Assembly: GCF_006345805.1 (NCBI RefSeq)
Contig: NC_043004.1
Location: 50,468,001 to 50,532,000, forward strand
Direction of reading: 5' to 3'
Source of the DNA: Octopus sinensis
Lineage: Eukaryota
DNA length: 64,000 nt
The position numbers were made by a program, and so were the translations under genes. The notes beneath the pieces were generated by a model, which had not been told where the DNA came from, ran no database searches, and worked only from the letters and a program-made list of their open reading frames with translations. Shown here piece by piece: positions 51,488-64,000 of this stretch; the stretch's first letter is position 1; each line of letters begins with the position of its first letter.

Positions 51488-51750
51488 TCAGTATGTATGT
51501 ATGTATGTATGTATGTATGTATGTATGTATGTGTGCATGTGCATGTGTGTGTGCGTGTAGGTAGGTAGGTAGGTAGGTAGGTAGGTAGGCAGGTAGGTAG
51601 GTTGGTTGGTGGGTAGGTAGGCAGGTAAGTAGGTAGGCAGGTAGGTAGGTAGGTAGGTAGGTTTGTAGGTAGTAGGTAGGTAGGTAGGTAGGTAGGTAGG
51701 CAGGTAGGTAGGTAGGCAGGTTGGTAGGTAGGTAAGTAGATAGGCAGATA
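51488..51750. repeat. compound (TATG)n/(GGTA)n microsatellite
   Basis: directly visible. Confidence 0.95.
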
Positions 51751-51955
51751 GGAAAGAAATACTCTCATGTAACACCTATGGCTTTATTTGCATATAAAGA
51801 TCTAGACTAGTTCTTTGTTTTCGGTAAACGCCTCTTCTTTTCTTGCATAAACCACAGATATTTGCATTTGGGTGAAGTGCTCCATTTTATTTTCCTGTCT
51901 AATGCATTTATTTACCCTTTCACATAATTCAACATTCCTGCTCTATAACAGCCTG

Positions 51956-52336
51956 TGGAGGCGCAATGGCCCAGTGGTTAGGGCAGCGGACTCACGGTCA
52001 TAGGATCGCGGTTTCGATTCCCAGACCGGGCGTTGTGAGTGTTTATTGAGCGAAAACACCTAAAGCTCCACGAGGCTCCGGCAGGGGATGGTGGTGATCC
52101 CTGCTGTACTCTTTACCACAACTTTCTCTCACTCTTATTTCCTGTTTCTGTTGTACCTGTATTTCAAGGGACCGACCTTGTCACTCTGTGTCACGCTGAA
52201 TCTCCCCGAGAACTACGTTAAGGGTGCACGTGTCTGTGGAGTGCTCAGCCACTTACACGTTAATTTCACGAGCAGGCTGTTCTGTTGATTCGGATCAACA
52301 GGAACCCTCATCGTCGTAACCAACGGAGTGCTTCCA
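51956..52336 (+). mobile_element. SINE family A
   Basis: 12-bp TSD tctataacagcc (51942-51953 and 52340-52351). Confidence 0.92.
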
Positions 52337-52612
52337 TCATCTATAACAGCCAATAGCATCTGTTTGATAATAATTATTATTATTATTATTATTATTAAAG
52401 TTGTGAGCTGGTGAAATCATTACCGTGGTGAACAAAATGCTTAGTGGCATTTTGTCCAACTTGATGTTCTGAGTTCAAATTCCACCTAGATTGACTTTGT
52501 CTTTCATCCTTTTGGGGTTGACGAAATAAGTATCAGTTATGCATTGGGGTTGATGCATTCTATCAGCCTCCTCCCCCAAACTGTCAGGTCTTGTGCCTTT
52601 AGTAGAAAAGAC

Positions 52613-52643
<31 letters not shown>

Positions 52644-52928
52644 GCTGACCTGATCCCTGTAAGCCTTACATGCTAGAAATGACATGTTCAGCTTCCAGTA
52701 CCTGGGTCCTAACCTACGTGTCTTATCTAGGTCAGCTGTACAGATTTCAAATTCATCCAGTGTCCTTGCATTACTGACTTGTGGAGTTATGTTGAACAGC
52801 TGTTATCATGTGTAGTACGGATCCGGCTATCCGCTGAGTCCATAGTGAAGATCGATCCGCCACCTTCCATTGGTCCAGAAGAGCAAGCAATTTTCCTCTG
52901 TCTGATAACAGTAGTATTAGAGGTTGTA

Positions 52929-53311
52929 TGGAGGCGCAATGGCCCAGTGGTTAGGGCAGCGGACTCGCGGTCGTAGGATCGCGGTTTCGATTCCCAGACC
53001 GGGCGTTGTGAATGTTTATTGAGTGAAAAACACCTAAAGCTCCATGAGGCTCCGGCAGGGATGGTGGTGATCCCTGCTGTACTCTTTCACCACAACTTTC
53101 TCTCACTCTTACTTCCTGTTTCTGTTGTACCTGTATTTCAAGGGGCCGGCCTTGTCACTCTCTGTGTCACGCTGAATATCCCCGAGAACTATGTTTAGGG
53201 TACACGTGTCTGTGGAGTGCTCAGCCACTTACACGTTAATTTCACGAGCTGGCTGTTCCATTGATCGGATCAACCGGAACCCTCATCGTAGTAACCGACG
53301 GAGTGCTTCCA
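52929..53311 (+). mobile_element. SINE family A
   Basis: 16-bp direct repeat attagaggttgtatgg (52916-52931 and 53317-53332). Confidence 0.92.
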
Positions 53312-53663
53312 TTCCCATTAGAGGTTGTATGGTGAACCAGGTTGAAAAGACGGAAGACAGACACTTTTCTCTTCGGCGAATCCCTCATCAACTTTTTCAA
53401 ATTTCACTTGGAAAGGAAGGTGAGGGTGGAGAGAGAAGTGCCACCTCTCGGTACATTTGCTACAAGATGGGTGAATGTAGTGAAAATGGCACGTGGGAGT
53501 GGACCTACTCTAATAATGCGCCTGTAGGCTAGTGAATTTGAGAGGGAGAAGGGTGCCCTTGCCAGATGCCCTTGAAGTGTTGAGTGGTTCAGGATTGGTG
53601 GGGTACCCGAGCCAACTCCAGGTGTTTACCCCCCACCCCACCCTAAAGGGGAACTTCCATTGC

Positions 53664-53866
53664 ACGTCGGGCGAAATGCGTAGCCGTATTTCGTCTGCCG
53701 TTATGTTTTGAGTTCAAATTCTGCCGAGGTCGACTTTGCCTTTCATCCTTTCGGGATCGATTAAATAAGTACCAGTAACGCACTGGAGTCGATATAATCG
53801 ACTTAATCCATTTGTCTGTCCTTGTTTGTCCCCTCTGTGTTTAGCCCCTTGTGGGTAGTAAAGAAA
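53664..53866 (+). mobile_element. SINE family D, 5'-truncated
   Basis: matches 63848-64000 and the reverse complement of 21372-21549. Confidence 0.82.
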
Positions 53867-54045
53867 TAGATATATTCTTTTGTTGGAAATACACTGTTAT
53901 TGTTTTTTGTACTAATTGCTTCTGTGTAAAATCCCCACTGTCTATGTCTACTGTATCGTCCCCTATATGTCAGCCCTAGTGGCCAATAAGTGAAATAATA
54001 ACAATAATTATTATCATTATTACCATCATGACCACTGTCACTCAC

Positions 54046-54296
54046 CTTTTTGAAAGTTTTTGACATATCGAATGCAACTCTACCAGAACTTGAACCGAGA
54101 ACTAATGCAGTCTTTGCCGGAATTGACCACACTTCCATCAAACTGAGACCTTTCTGAAGAGCAACAGCATCCAGACAATTTTTGAAGCCATATTCCTGTA
54201 GTAAGACATCTTCAATGACCAACGCATCACTGTACCTGTACTGGCTGTTTGCGCTTACATTTACCTGTGAATAACTTTTCACGGGACTTCCATTTT
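54046..54296 (-). CDS. OvoA-C-like methyltransferase exon (E)NGSPVK...YSDALVIEDVLLQEYG...KTALVLGSSSGRVAFDMSKTFKK
   Basis: T-rich tract plus tttactgaag acceptor, strong AAG/gtgagt donor; 251 nt open; joins in phase 0 to 50471 (an alternative acceptor at TCACAG inside the exon is possible). Confidence 0.85.
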
Positions 54297-54407
54297 CTTC
54301 AGTAAATAACAATAAGAAAATAAAATGTGAAATAAAATATTATTAAAGTGATGATACCAACTTGGGTGAAATGTTTTACTATTCATATTATTATTATATA
54401 ACAGATA

Positions 54408-54822
54408 GGCGCAGGAGTGGCTGTGTGGTAAGTAGCTTGCTAACCAACCACATGGTTCTGGGTTCAGTCCCACTGCGTGGCACCTTGGGCAAGTGTCTTC
54501 TGCTATAGCCCCGGGCCGACCAATGCCTTGTGAGTGGATTTGGTAGATGGAAACTGAAAGAAGCCTGTCGTATATATGTATATACATATATATGTGTGTG
54601 TGTGTGTGTGTGTTTGTGTGTCTGTGTTTGTCCCCCTAGCATTGCTTGACAACCGATGCTAGTGTGTTTACATCCCCGTCACTTAGCGGTTCGGCAAAAG
54701 AGACCGATAGAATAGGTACTGGGCTTACAAAGAATAAGTCTTGGGGTTGATTTGCTCGACTAAAGGCGGTGCTCCAGCATGGCCGCAGTCAAATGACTGA
54801 AACAAGTAAAAGAGTAAAAGAG
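54408..54822 (+). mobile_element. SINE family B, full length
   Basis: complete head to (AAGAGT)n tail. Confidence 0.9.
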
Positions 54823-55560
54823 AGATAGAAATATGCATTTGTTTATCTGTTTGTCTGTCTGTCTTTTTCTCTCCCTTTCTCTGTTTCTCTTTCTTCCTCT
54901 CTTTTCTCTTCCTCTCTTTTTCTTTCTCTCTTTCTTTCTCTCATTTTAGTAAAGACTCCAATGAAATCGTTGAAAACATAAGGATTAAGATGACAGATTA
55001 TAAGGATTTCTTTTATTTTAATAATGGTTTCTTTTATTAATTGTTTAATTTATTAATATTTGTTAGTATTAAGGCAGTAAGTTGGCAGAATTATTAGCAT
55101 GCCAAGTAAAATGTTTAGTGGCATTTCGTCTGCCTCTTTGTTCTGAGTTCAAATTCCACTGAGGTCAATTTATCTAATTATTAGACAGTAAGTTCTGTCA
55201 TGGAAGGACCATAAGAGGTTATTAACTGACCAATCACTCAAGGTCAGCTGATGATGATGGTGATGATGATGATGATGATGATAAAGAATACTACAATGAT
55301 GATGATGACAACAATGATGACAACAAGACAATCTTCAAATTTTCAAAATATATTTTCAAATATTCTTACCAAGTTCTGGAGTTTTTGTCACTTGATCAGT
55401 TGGACCGATTAGCTTCACAGGGATGTCATGGCTAGATTTCACCATACGGAAACCCAGGTGTTGAAAGAAATGCCTGCGAAAGGCATATCTTGCAAAACGA
55501 GAAGCTTCATTACCAGTGGAAATCCAGGAACCATTCTGCAGATGAATGATAATAATAATA

Positions 55561-55611
<51 letters not shown>

Positions 55612-55612
55612 T

Positions 55613-58130
55613 AATAAAGAAAACAAAAATACTCCGCAAATATAACATCACAGAGAAAGATTTGCCTGAGATAAAAGAAAAGCTGAAGCAAGATATCCTT
55701 GCCAAAGCACAAAGGATCCGCCGGTACGAGAAACGCCAGCGCTTCTTTGAACAAAACAAAAAGTTCAACTCTAACCCCAAAAAGTTCTACCAAGAACTTG
55801 GCAAAAATAAAATAGAAGTCACTGCAGCACCAACGGCAGAAGAATTGGAAGAATTCTGGAGAGAAATATGGTCAACCAAAATATGGTCAACCAAAAAAAA
55901 GGAGTATCAAAATAACAAACTCGGCATCTGAGCAACTTTGGACCCCCATAACAACTGAAGAGGTCACCCAGGCACTGCAAAGACTAAGCAACTGGAAGGC
56001 ACCTGGGCATGACAAGATCCCCAACTTCTGGTTGAAATATCTAACAGGAATGCACAAAAAGCTGGCTGAAAACTTTAACAACATACTAGCAGAGCCAGAG
56101 ACAATGCCTGAATGGCTCACGAAGGGGAAAACCATCTTAATTCCCAAATCAAATGAGACAGCAAAACCAGAAAACTACAGACCAATAACCTGCCTCCCTA
56201 CAATGTTCAAGGCATTTTACTGCAGTGATATCGCAAAGGTTGAACAAGCACCTAGACGAAAACAAACTGTTCCCAGAAGAGCAGAAAGGATGCCGCAAAG
56301 GCTCATATGGCTGTAAAGATCAACTAATGATTAATAAAGCCATAACTGAAGACAGCCACAGAAAGAAGAAAGGCCTCAGTATGGCCTGGATTGACTACAA
56401 AAAAGGCATTTGATAGCATCCCCCACACATGGATCCTTGAAACACTAGCCATTAACAAAGTAGCACCAACAACATAGAGCACTCTATGAATAAATGGCAA
56501 ACAGCCCTACACCTCCAAACAAAAGAGAGACTCATGAAAACCAAAGACATCCCCATTAGAAGGGGAATATTCCAGGGAGACATGCTCTCTCCATTCCTTT
56601 TCTGCTTGGCACTGTCATCTCTATCTGATATGCTAAATAGAACTGGATGCGGATATAAATGTTATGGCAAAACGATCAGCCACCTTTTATATATGGATGA
56701 CCTAAAACTATACGCTGCAAATGACAAACAGCTGGAAACACTATTAAAGACAGTTCATGGATTTACCAAAGAAATAGATATGAAATTTGGATTAGAAAAA
56801 TGCGCCAAAGTAACCATGAAAAGAGGAAAACTAGTTAAGAGTAGCAACATCACACTAGATAAAACCAATGAAATAAAAGAATTAGACCAAAGCCAAACTT
56901 ACAAATACTTAGGAATCCATGAACTAGATAAGACACAACACACACAAATGAAAGAGAAAATAAAAAAAGAATATTATAGACGAGTTAGATCAATACTAAA
57001 AACAGAGCTCAATGCTAAAAACAAGATAATAGGTATTAACACTTTAGCTGTCCCAGTTATAAGTTACAGCTACAATATCCTTAACTGAACACGAAATGAA
57101 CTGACCAAAATAGATAGGAAAACAAGAAAAATAATGACAGGATCTAGGATGCATCACCCAAAATCTGACATAGAAAGACTATATATACAACATATAGAAG
57201 GTGGTAGAGGCCTTATACAGCTGGAAAACTACTATAAAATAACCACCATAGGACTGCAAAAATATCTACTTCAGAAGGAAGGAAAACTGATACAAATAGC
57301 GGCAAAACACAAGCAAAACAAAAAAACTGTTCTCAGTATTTAAGGAAGCTGACAAATACAAACAAGAAATCAAGGGATTTTTAATTGCAGCACAAGACCA
57401 AAGCCTCCCCACCAGAAATTACCAAAAACATGTAATGAAAAGAAATATTACAAGTAACTGCAGAATATGTGGAGATGGACAAGAAACAATAAATCATATT
57501 ATCTCTAGCTGCCCAGTCCTGGCTAAGAAGGAATATATTCACAGACATGACAGAGTTGGAACCTACATACATTGGAAGCTATGCCAACATTATGGAATAA
57601 CAACAGAAAAAAGATGGTATAGGCACACACCAGAAAAGGTCACAGAAAACGAGAAAGCAACCATACTCTGGGATATGCCGATACACACAGATAGAGAAAT
57701 TAAGGCCAACAGACCAGATATAATTGTCAGAGATCATGAAGGAAAAAAATGCTTTCTAATTGATGTATCAATACCGGCAGATGACAACGTGTCTCTAAAA
57801 GAAATGGAGAAACTCTCAAAATACAAAGACCTGGAAATAGAGGTAACTAGAATGTGGAATCCGAAAACAGAAACAATTCCTATCATAGTAGGTGCATTAG
57901 GCATGATAAAAAAATATTCAGACAAATACATAACAAAAACACTAGGACTTACAAACACATATAACATACAGAAAATTGCACTACTAGGCACTGCACACAT
58001 CCTACGCAGAACACTTTCCATACAATAACCATCAGAGCATCACAACAAATCACAGCACATACCCAAGGCACACAGAGCTGCGCTCGGTAGTGAAGTGAAA
58101 GCACGCTATAAAAATAAAACTACTGAACAA
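55613..58130 (+). mobile_element. R4/Dong-like RLE-class LINE, 5'-truncated and frameshifted
   Basis: RT: NYRPITCLPT, AWIDYKKA, GIFQGDMLSP, HLLYMDDLKL; CCHC CRICGDGQETINHIISSC; RLE NRPDIIVRD...LIDVSIP; (AAT)n on both sides. Confidence 0.9.
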
Positions 58131-58219
58131 TAATGATAATAATAATAATGATAATAATAATAATGACAATAATAATAATAATAATAATAATAATGATGAT
58201 GATGATGATGATAATGTCA

Positions 58220-58500
58220 TCACTAGTTGTAGGGGCAATTGGAGCACTAACAGCCAAGTTCGAGAAATATATTAGAGAAATTGGAATTGATATGAGAGCA
58301 GAGCATACCCCCAAACTGTTGTATTGGGGACAGTTAGGATTTTGAGATTGGTACTTTAGTGTTGAGTATCTTCCTTGATACTTCAAACTGAATTACCATG
58401 TCTTATAATTTGCGGAAAAAGACCTAACGAGACCTTTGACAACAAGCAGGATGCTGTACGCTCTCACAGAATTAACAACAGCAAGTAAGGTTGAAAGCTC
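58220..58500 (+). mobile_element. short 3' fragment of a second RLE-class LINE
   Basis: LVVGAIGALTAKFEKYIREIGI...LGTVRILR resembles the RLE C-terminus; followed by a (GAT/AAT)n tail. Confidence 0.6.
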
Positions 58501-59143
58501 TGAGAAGTATAATGATGATGATGATGATAATAATAATAATAATAATAATAATGATAATAATAATAATAATGCCCTGATGCAGTACCAGGCAGTGGCTGTT
58601 ATGGTTTCTGATCATAACTGAATGGAAGTGTTATCATGTACATTGCTTTCTCCTGGTATAAAAGATGGGTCACAGCAAATATTCTGCTCAATACCACAGA
58701 CTTGCTTGTCAGTTGTTTGACCATCACCAGTTGAGCATGTGCCTTAGTAGCTGACGATATGTGCATCCTTGATCACGAGTAGAGTTAGTGGGGGAGCATC
58801 ATAGCCATGTCTTGAGAGGAATTCTCTGGGGTTTGGATAATTCACCTTTGCAAACATGGGTGTTTCATTCAGCATCCTTAAACAACCCTTATTCAGGACC
58901 CTTTTGTGTGTGATGGGCTACTCAACCTAAAGAAAATTCTAACTGGGCCCCACCTGCAAGGTTATGTGCTGTTTATCTTGATATGAAATCACCATGTCAC
59001 GCACAAACGGTTGCCACGCATGTGCCTGGTGTATCCTTATCAGACGGGTAGTCATGATGGATATACTGGGCTTCATATATTTTACTCCAATGTTACTTTG
59101 ATGGCAAGCACTGCTCTCTCACTCAATGAGGATGATGATGATG

Positions 59144-59174
<31 letters not shown>

Positions 59175-59324
59175 TGATAATAATAATAACAATCCTTTCT
59201 TTGTTGATAACAAAAAGCTATACGATGGTAAATTGTATCATACAAAAAGGGTCACAAAATGTGATTGTGCACATACATACATATACATATATATATCGGT
59301 CTGCTTGTCTGTCCATATATATAT

Positions 59325-60215
59325 CATCATCATCATCATCATCATCATTTAGCATCTGCTTTCCATGCTAGCATGGGTTGGACGGTTCAACTGGGGTCTG
59401 GGAAGCCAGAAGGCTGCACCAGGCCCAGTCTGATCTGGCAATGTTTCTACGGCTGGATGTCCTTCCTAATGCCAACCACTCTATGAGTGTAGTGGGTGCT
59501 TTTTACATGCCAGATGAGGCTGGCAAACAGCTACAATCGGATAGTGCTTTTTACGTGCCACCGGCACGGAGGCGAGGCGAGGCTGGCAACAGCCATGATC
59601 GGATGGTGCTTTTTATGTGCCACCGACACGGAGGTCAGTCGGGGCGGTGCTGGCAACAGCCATATTCAGATGGTTCTCTTACATGTCACCGGCACTGGTA
59701 TCACAGCTACAATTTCCATTGATGTTGATCGATTTTGATTTTGATTTTGATTTTGATTTGATTTTCACTTGCCTCAACAGGTCTTCACAAGTAGAGTTTT
59801 GTGTCCCAAGAAGGAAAGGTATGCATAAGTGGACTGGCTACATCCCAGGTAGAGGCCACGGGTCTTCTCATGCACAGCATACTTCCAAAGGTCTCTAGTC
59901 ATTTCCTCGATGAGACCTAAAGTTCGAAGGTCGTGCTTCACCACCTTGTCCCAGGTTTTCCTGGGTCTACCTCTTCCACAGGTTCCCTCAACGGCTAGGG
60001 TGTGGCACTTTTTCACACAACTATCTTCATCCATTCTCGTCACATGACCATACCAGCACAAACATCTCTCTTGCACACCACAACTGATACTTCTTAGGTC
60101 CAACTTTTCTCTCAAGGTACTTACACTCTGTCGAGTATGAACACTGACATTACACATCCATCGGAGCATACTGGCTTCATTTCTTGCAAGCTTACGCATA
60201 TCTTCAGCAGTCACA
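59325..60215 (-). mobile_element. RTE LINE 3' fragment
   Basis: VTAEDMRKLARNEASMLRWMC...GRGRPRKTWDKVVKHDL plus 3' UTR; same family as 42641-46145. Confidence 0.88.
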
Positions 60216-60230
60216 TGTATATATATATAC

Positions 60231-60301
<71 letters not shown>

Positions 60302-60568
60302 AGAGTAGATTTAAAGTGTGATACAGTCCATTTAAAACAAGTTAAACATTCCTTTTAAACAATTCAAATAGGGGAAAGACACTGATGCAGTGGGTAGAAT
60401 CTGCTACATATGTAGAATCAGGTGTCTTATGATACTAACCACATTCTGTACAAGTACCCTCTGCAATCTGAAACTTCCAAAATTGTTCATGAGTCTTTCA
60501 TGCTTTATCCAAACCATGAAGATTCCTAAATTTTCTGAGAAATTCTCCCTTAGTCCTGATAGACTATA

Positions 60569-60786
60569 TACTCTTTACTCTTTTACTTGTTTCAGTCATT
60601 TGACTGCGGCCATGCTGGAGCACCGCCTTTTAATCAAGCAACTCGACCCCAGAACTTATTCTTTTGTAAGCCCAGTACTTATTCTATCGGTCTCTTTTGC
60701 CGAACCGCTAAGTAACGGGAACATAAACACACCAGCATCGGTTGTCAAGCAATGCTAGGGGGACAAACACAGGCACACAAACACAC

Positions 60787-60845
<59 letters not shown>

Positions 60846-60999
60846 CATATATACGACAGGCTTCTTTCAGTTTCCATCTACCAAATCCACTCACAAGGCA
60901 TTGGTCGGCCCGGGGCTATAGCAGAAGACACTTGCCCAAGATGCCACGCAGTGGGACTGAACCCGGAACCATGTGGTTGGTTAGCAAGCTACTTACCAC
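60569..60999 (-). mobile_element. SINE family B
   Basis: matches family B. Confidence 0.88.
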
Positions 61000-61369
61000 G
61001 TGTAGTTTTTCAGTAACTTCAGTTATTTTAGGGTTCAATTTTTCGACTTCTATCTCCTCCTCAATCAGCACAATATATTTGTTTTCTGTTTTAGGTAATT
61101 TAGCAATCCCCTTAGACTGTCATTATTAACTTGCGTAAACATAAAAACTCATGCACTCAAGGCTGTCAGCCAACAGTTGGTGGAAGGCTTGCAACATCAT
61201 GTTTGCCTATTGTTTGTGTTGATTCTCTTGGCCCTTTAACATTATTTTACTGTCCGATGGTTTCCCTATTCTCTACAGTTTCTATCTTATCCCTATCATA
61301 GCAACATGATGGGGTAGATCTACTGATCGGATCTTCTAACCAGTCTTATACTGCAGGATAAAACCCCCG

Positions 61370-61860
61370 GTTTCTCGATCTGTGTCAGCCCTTGATGTCG
61401 ATAGCATTGGGGTTGATGTGATTCAACTTGTTTTTGTATCAGTTTTGGTTGTCCTTAAAGCTGCAACCAATTTTGCTCTGGAAATAGTCGTAGCAGCAAC
61501 AACATCTGTAACCAGGGCCTTTTTCATAGGACCTGTTGTTTGTCGTCCTCATTTTATTAATAGAAGGCCTTCAAGCCTCTTTTATTACCACGTGTAGTAA
61601 ATAGACCTTCTGTCCTGCACCACTAATCTGACAGTATACCTTTCCACTCACTCAATAGTGTATAAATCTGATATAGGCTTATGGTCGTCAGGGAACATTA
61701 AGACTTGGAGGATTTTTCCAGAGCTCAGCTTATTTTGGATCACCTCCGAACTCAGTGCAAGCCTGTAAATGTCCACCAAAATCTCTTGCCATAATGTAAG
61801 TATTCCTCAGCCTCATGTGCTGTAGCACTAACCTGTGCAATGTGTACGGGACACCAACTC
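61370..61860 (-). pseudogene. third LINE ORF1-like remnant
   Basis: RLVVQDRRSIYYTW* followed by a T/A-rich low-complexity stretch, parallel to the ORF1 segments at 27570 and 34800. Confidence 0.45.
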
Positions 61861-62448
61861 AATTTCTTTTCCTTGCCTGATTTCCAGTCTTAAAGACTGG
61901 AAAATACTTCCATATTCCTTATCTATGTCAAGGAAGGGCTTATGCTGCTATACATCAGTCAGAGCACCTTCTAATTTTTCTTTTGGGGGCATATAGAAAA
62001 CTTTCCTGTCTTTTGCAAAAGAGAAATATATCGCCTTCCACCTCACTCTTTCCTGGATATATTCCTCGATTCAGGGGTCACTCACTTTCATAACATACTT
62101 CTTACATGTTTTCTTTTCTTTTCTGGGGTTTATTATATTTTTAAGTCAGGAGGTAAGTCAGTGCCCATGACACTGCAGTACTTCCAAGACAGGATGGAGA
62201 GATGGAGGAAGGGATTTTCAACCGGGAGAGCTGGTATGAATACTTGTAGCAAAGTGAACTCTGTGAAAGGCACAACAGATGCATGGTGTTGGTGTTAACC
62301 TTGTCATGCCATATTCCAGTGATAGCGGGAATAAGTGAAACCTCATCTCTGCTTGATTTCCAGTAAAGCGGTAATGAGAAAAGGAAGATGCAGCTGATTC
62401 TTTCCATTAGTTTACCTGCAATCGTTACACATGAGTTGTATAAACAAC

Positions 62449-62847
62449 TCTCTTTACTCTTTTACTTGTTTCAGTCATTTGACTGTGGCCATGCTGGAGC
62501 ACCGCCTTTAGTCGAGCAACGCGACCCCGGGACTTATTCTTTGTAAGCCCAGTACTTATTCTATCGGTCTCTTTTGCCGAACTGCAAAGTGACGGGGATG
62601 TAAACACACCAGCATCGGTTGTCAAGCAATGGTAGGGGGCAAACACAGACACACACACATATATATATATATATACATATATACGACAGGCTTCTTTCAG
62701 TTTCCGTCTACCAAATCCACTCACAAGGCATTGGTCGGCCCGGGGCTATAGCAGAAGACACTTGCCCAAGATGCCACGCAGTGGGACTGAACCCAGAACC
62801 ATGTGGTTGGTTAGCAAGCTACTTACCACACAGCCACCCCTGCGCCT
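62449..62847 (-). mobile_element. SINE family B, full length
   Basis: matches family B. Confidence 0.9.
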
Positions 62848-63847
62848 ATTTATTTATTTATTTATTTTGCTTGGGAGTTAAGGTGGAGGGTAAAATTAGA
62901 TACAGGGACTCAGGTCTGGGAGGATTAAACCAGGCGACGGAGTAAATCTACTGCCTACGTAAGCCGCCACACTATTTGAACTCAGAATATAAAGAACCTG
63001 AACAAATATGTCAGGCGAAGAGTTTGAAAGCTTTTCCACCAATTCCCTGTCTTGAATTAGTGATTCTTTTATCCACCCCCACTCCACCACCCGAAAGGAT
63101 GAAAGTCAAAGGGGATCTTCGCAGGATATGAATTCAGAGCTTAGAGAGTCACAACAAACGCTACATGGTGTTCTAAACAATGTTTTAACGACTCCACCAA
63201 TTCACTGCCCAATTTACAATTTCGCTGATGTCTAGCATTTCTTTTTGTCTTGAAGTACTAGCAAAAAATAAATTGCTATTGCTGTTGTTGGTAGTGGTGC
63301 TTTTGTCCCTGCTGTGCATTTGTGCACGAAGCACCCAAATAAGAGGGTCTCTCAAGGCTAATAACACAGTATTTGGTGTTCCTACAACACATCCATATAA
63401 AGTTGGATATAAAGATCACTTTTTGGTATTAATACTGCTTCCATCGCTAATAATTAATTTCTAATAAGTCTTCTTGCTATTTGCGATATCAACATCTGAA
63501 AAGATGCAGGAATTCCATATATCATGGCAACGAGGTCTGACTGGGATGAGGAAACCAGTGCTTCCCACTGAGGAAAGCCAATAGACCAAAATCACGTGAT
63601 AGGGGAATTCCGATGCCCATAACAGACGAATTTCATCTGCTACAGTCTATGCATGTGCTTTTATGCACCAAGAGCCTAAATAAGAGGAACTTTCAAGGTT
63701 AATAATACAGTAATTGGTGTTCTAACTAGACATCCATGCTAAGCAGGATATAAAAATGGCCTATTGTCATTTAAGCTTGTGTTTTACCCGCTTTTTCCTT
63801 TGAGCTCGTCAGATTGTAGCTGCTTGTGTTTACAACTATATCTGTTT

Positions 63848-64000
63848 GCGGCGAGCTGGCAGAAACGTTAGTACGCCGGGCGAAATGCGTAGCCGTATTT
63901 CGTCTGCCGTTACGTTCTGAGTTCAAATTCCACCGAGGTCGACTTTGCCTTTCATCCTTTCGGGGTCGATAAATTAAGTACCAGTTACGCACTGGGGTCG
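63848..64000 (+). mobile_element. SINE family D (runs off the window end)
   Basis: GGCGAGCTGGCAGAAACGTTAG head, GTTCTGAGTTCAAATTCC B-box. Confidence 0.85.

Noticed and set aside
60380-63700. Candidate upstream exons of the methyltransferase gene (60400-60550, 63230-63350, 63480-63690)
   Set aside because: None gave a stop-free, phase-1-ending frame with recognisable OvoA/MTase similarity

Overview
AT-rich, microsatellite-dense eukaryotic genomic DNA. It is most likely an octopod/coleoid cephalopod; this is an inference from the tRNA-derived SINE families and repeat landscape, and no database search was run. Three host genes can be read. (1) The last five coding exons of a choline-transporter-like SLC44A1/CTL1 gene (+, 621-14344). 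(2) An intronless RPA3 ORF (-, 25594-25947) with two E2F consensus sites just upstream. (3) Five exons (-, 54296 to 38890) that splice in frame into a ~230-aa C-terminal region resembling a divergent OvoA-type (ovothiol) SAM methyltransferase domain; its 5' exons were not found. The rest is transposon-derived: at least four SINE families, a near-full-length RTE LINE with a PHD finger inside ORF2, an R4/Dong-like LINE sitting in an (AAT)n run, Tx1/L1 and CR1-like remnants, two Tc1/mariner remnants, Helitrons and several fold-back elements. The most notable non-coding find is a 700-bp-arm inverted repeat inside an SLC44A1 intron. Each arm carries a Penelope-type type I hammerhead ribozyme motif with a long extended stem II and a self-complementary stem III. 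Most short ORFs in the supplied track are repeat- or microsatellite-derived noise. Family assignments come from motif recognition and need confirmation by BLAST, HMMER or Infernal.
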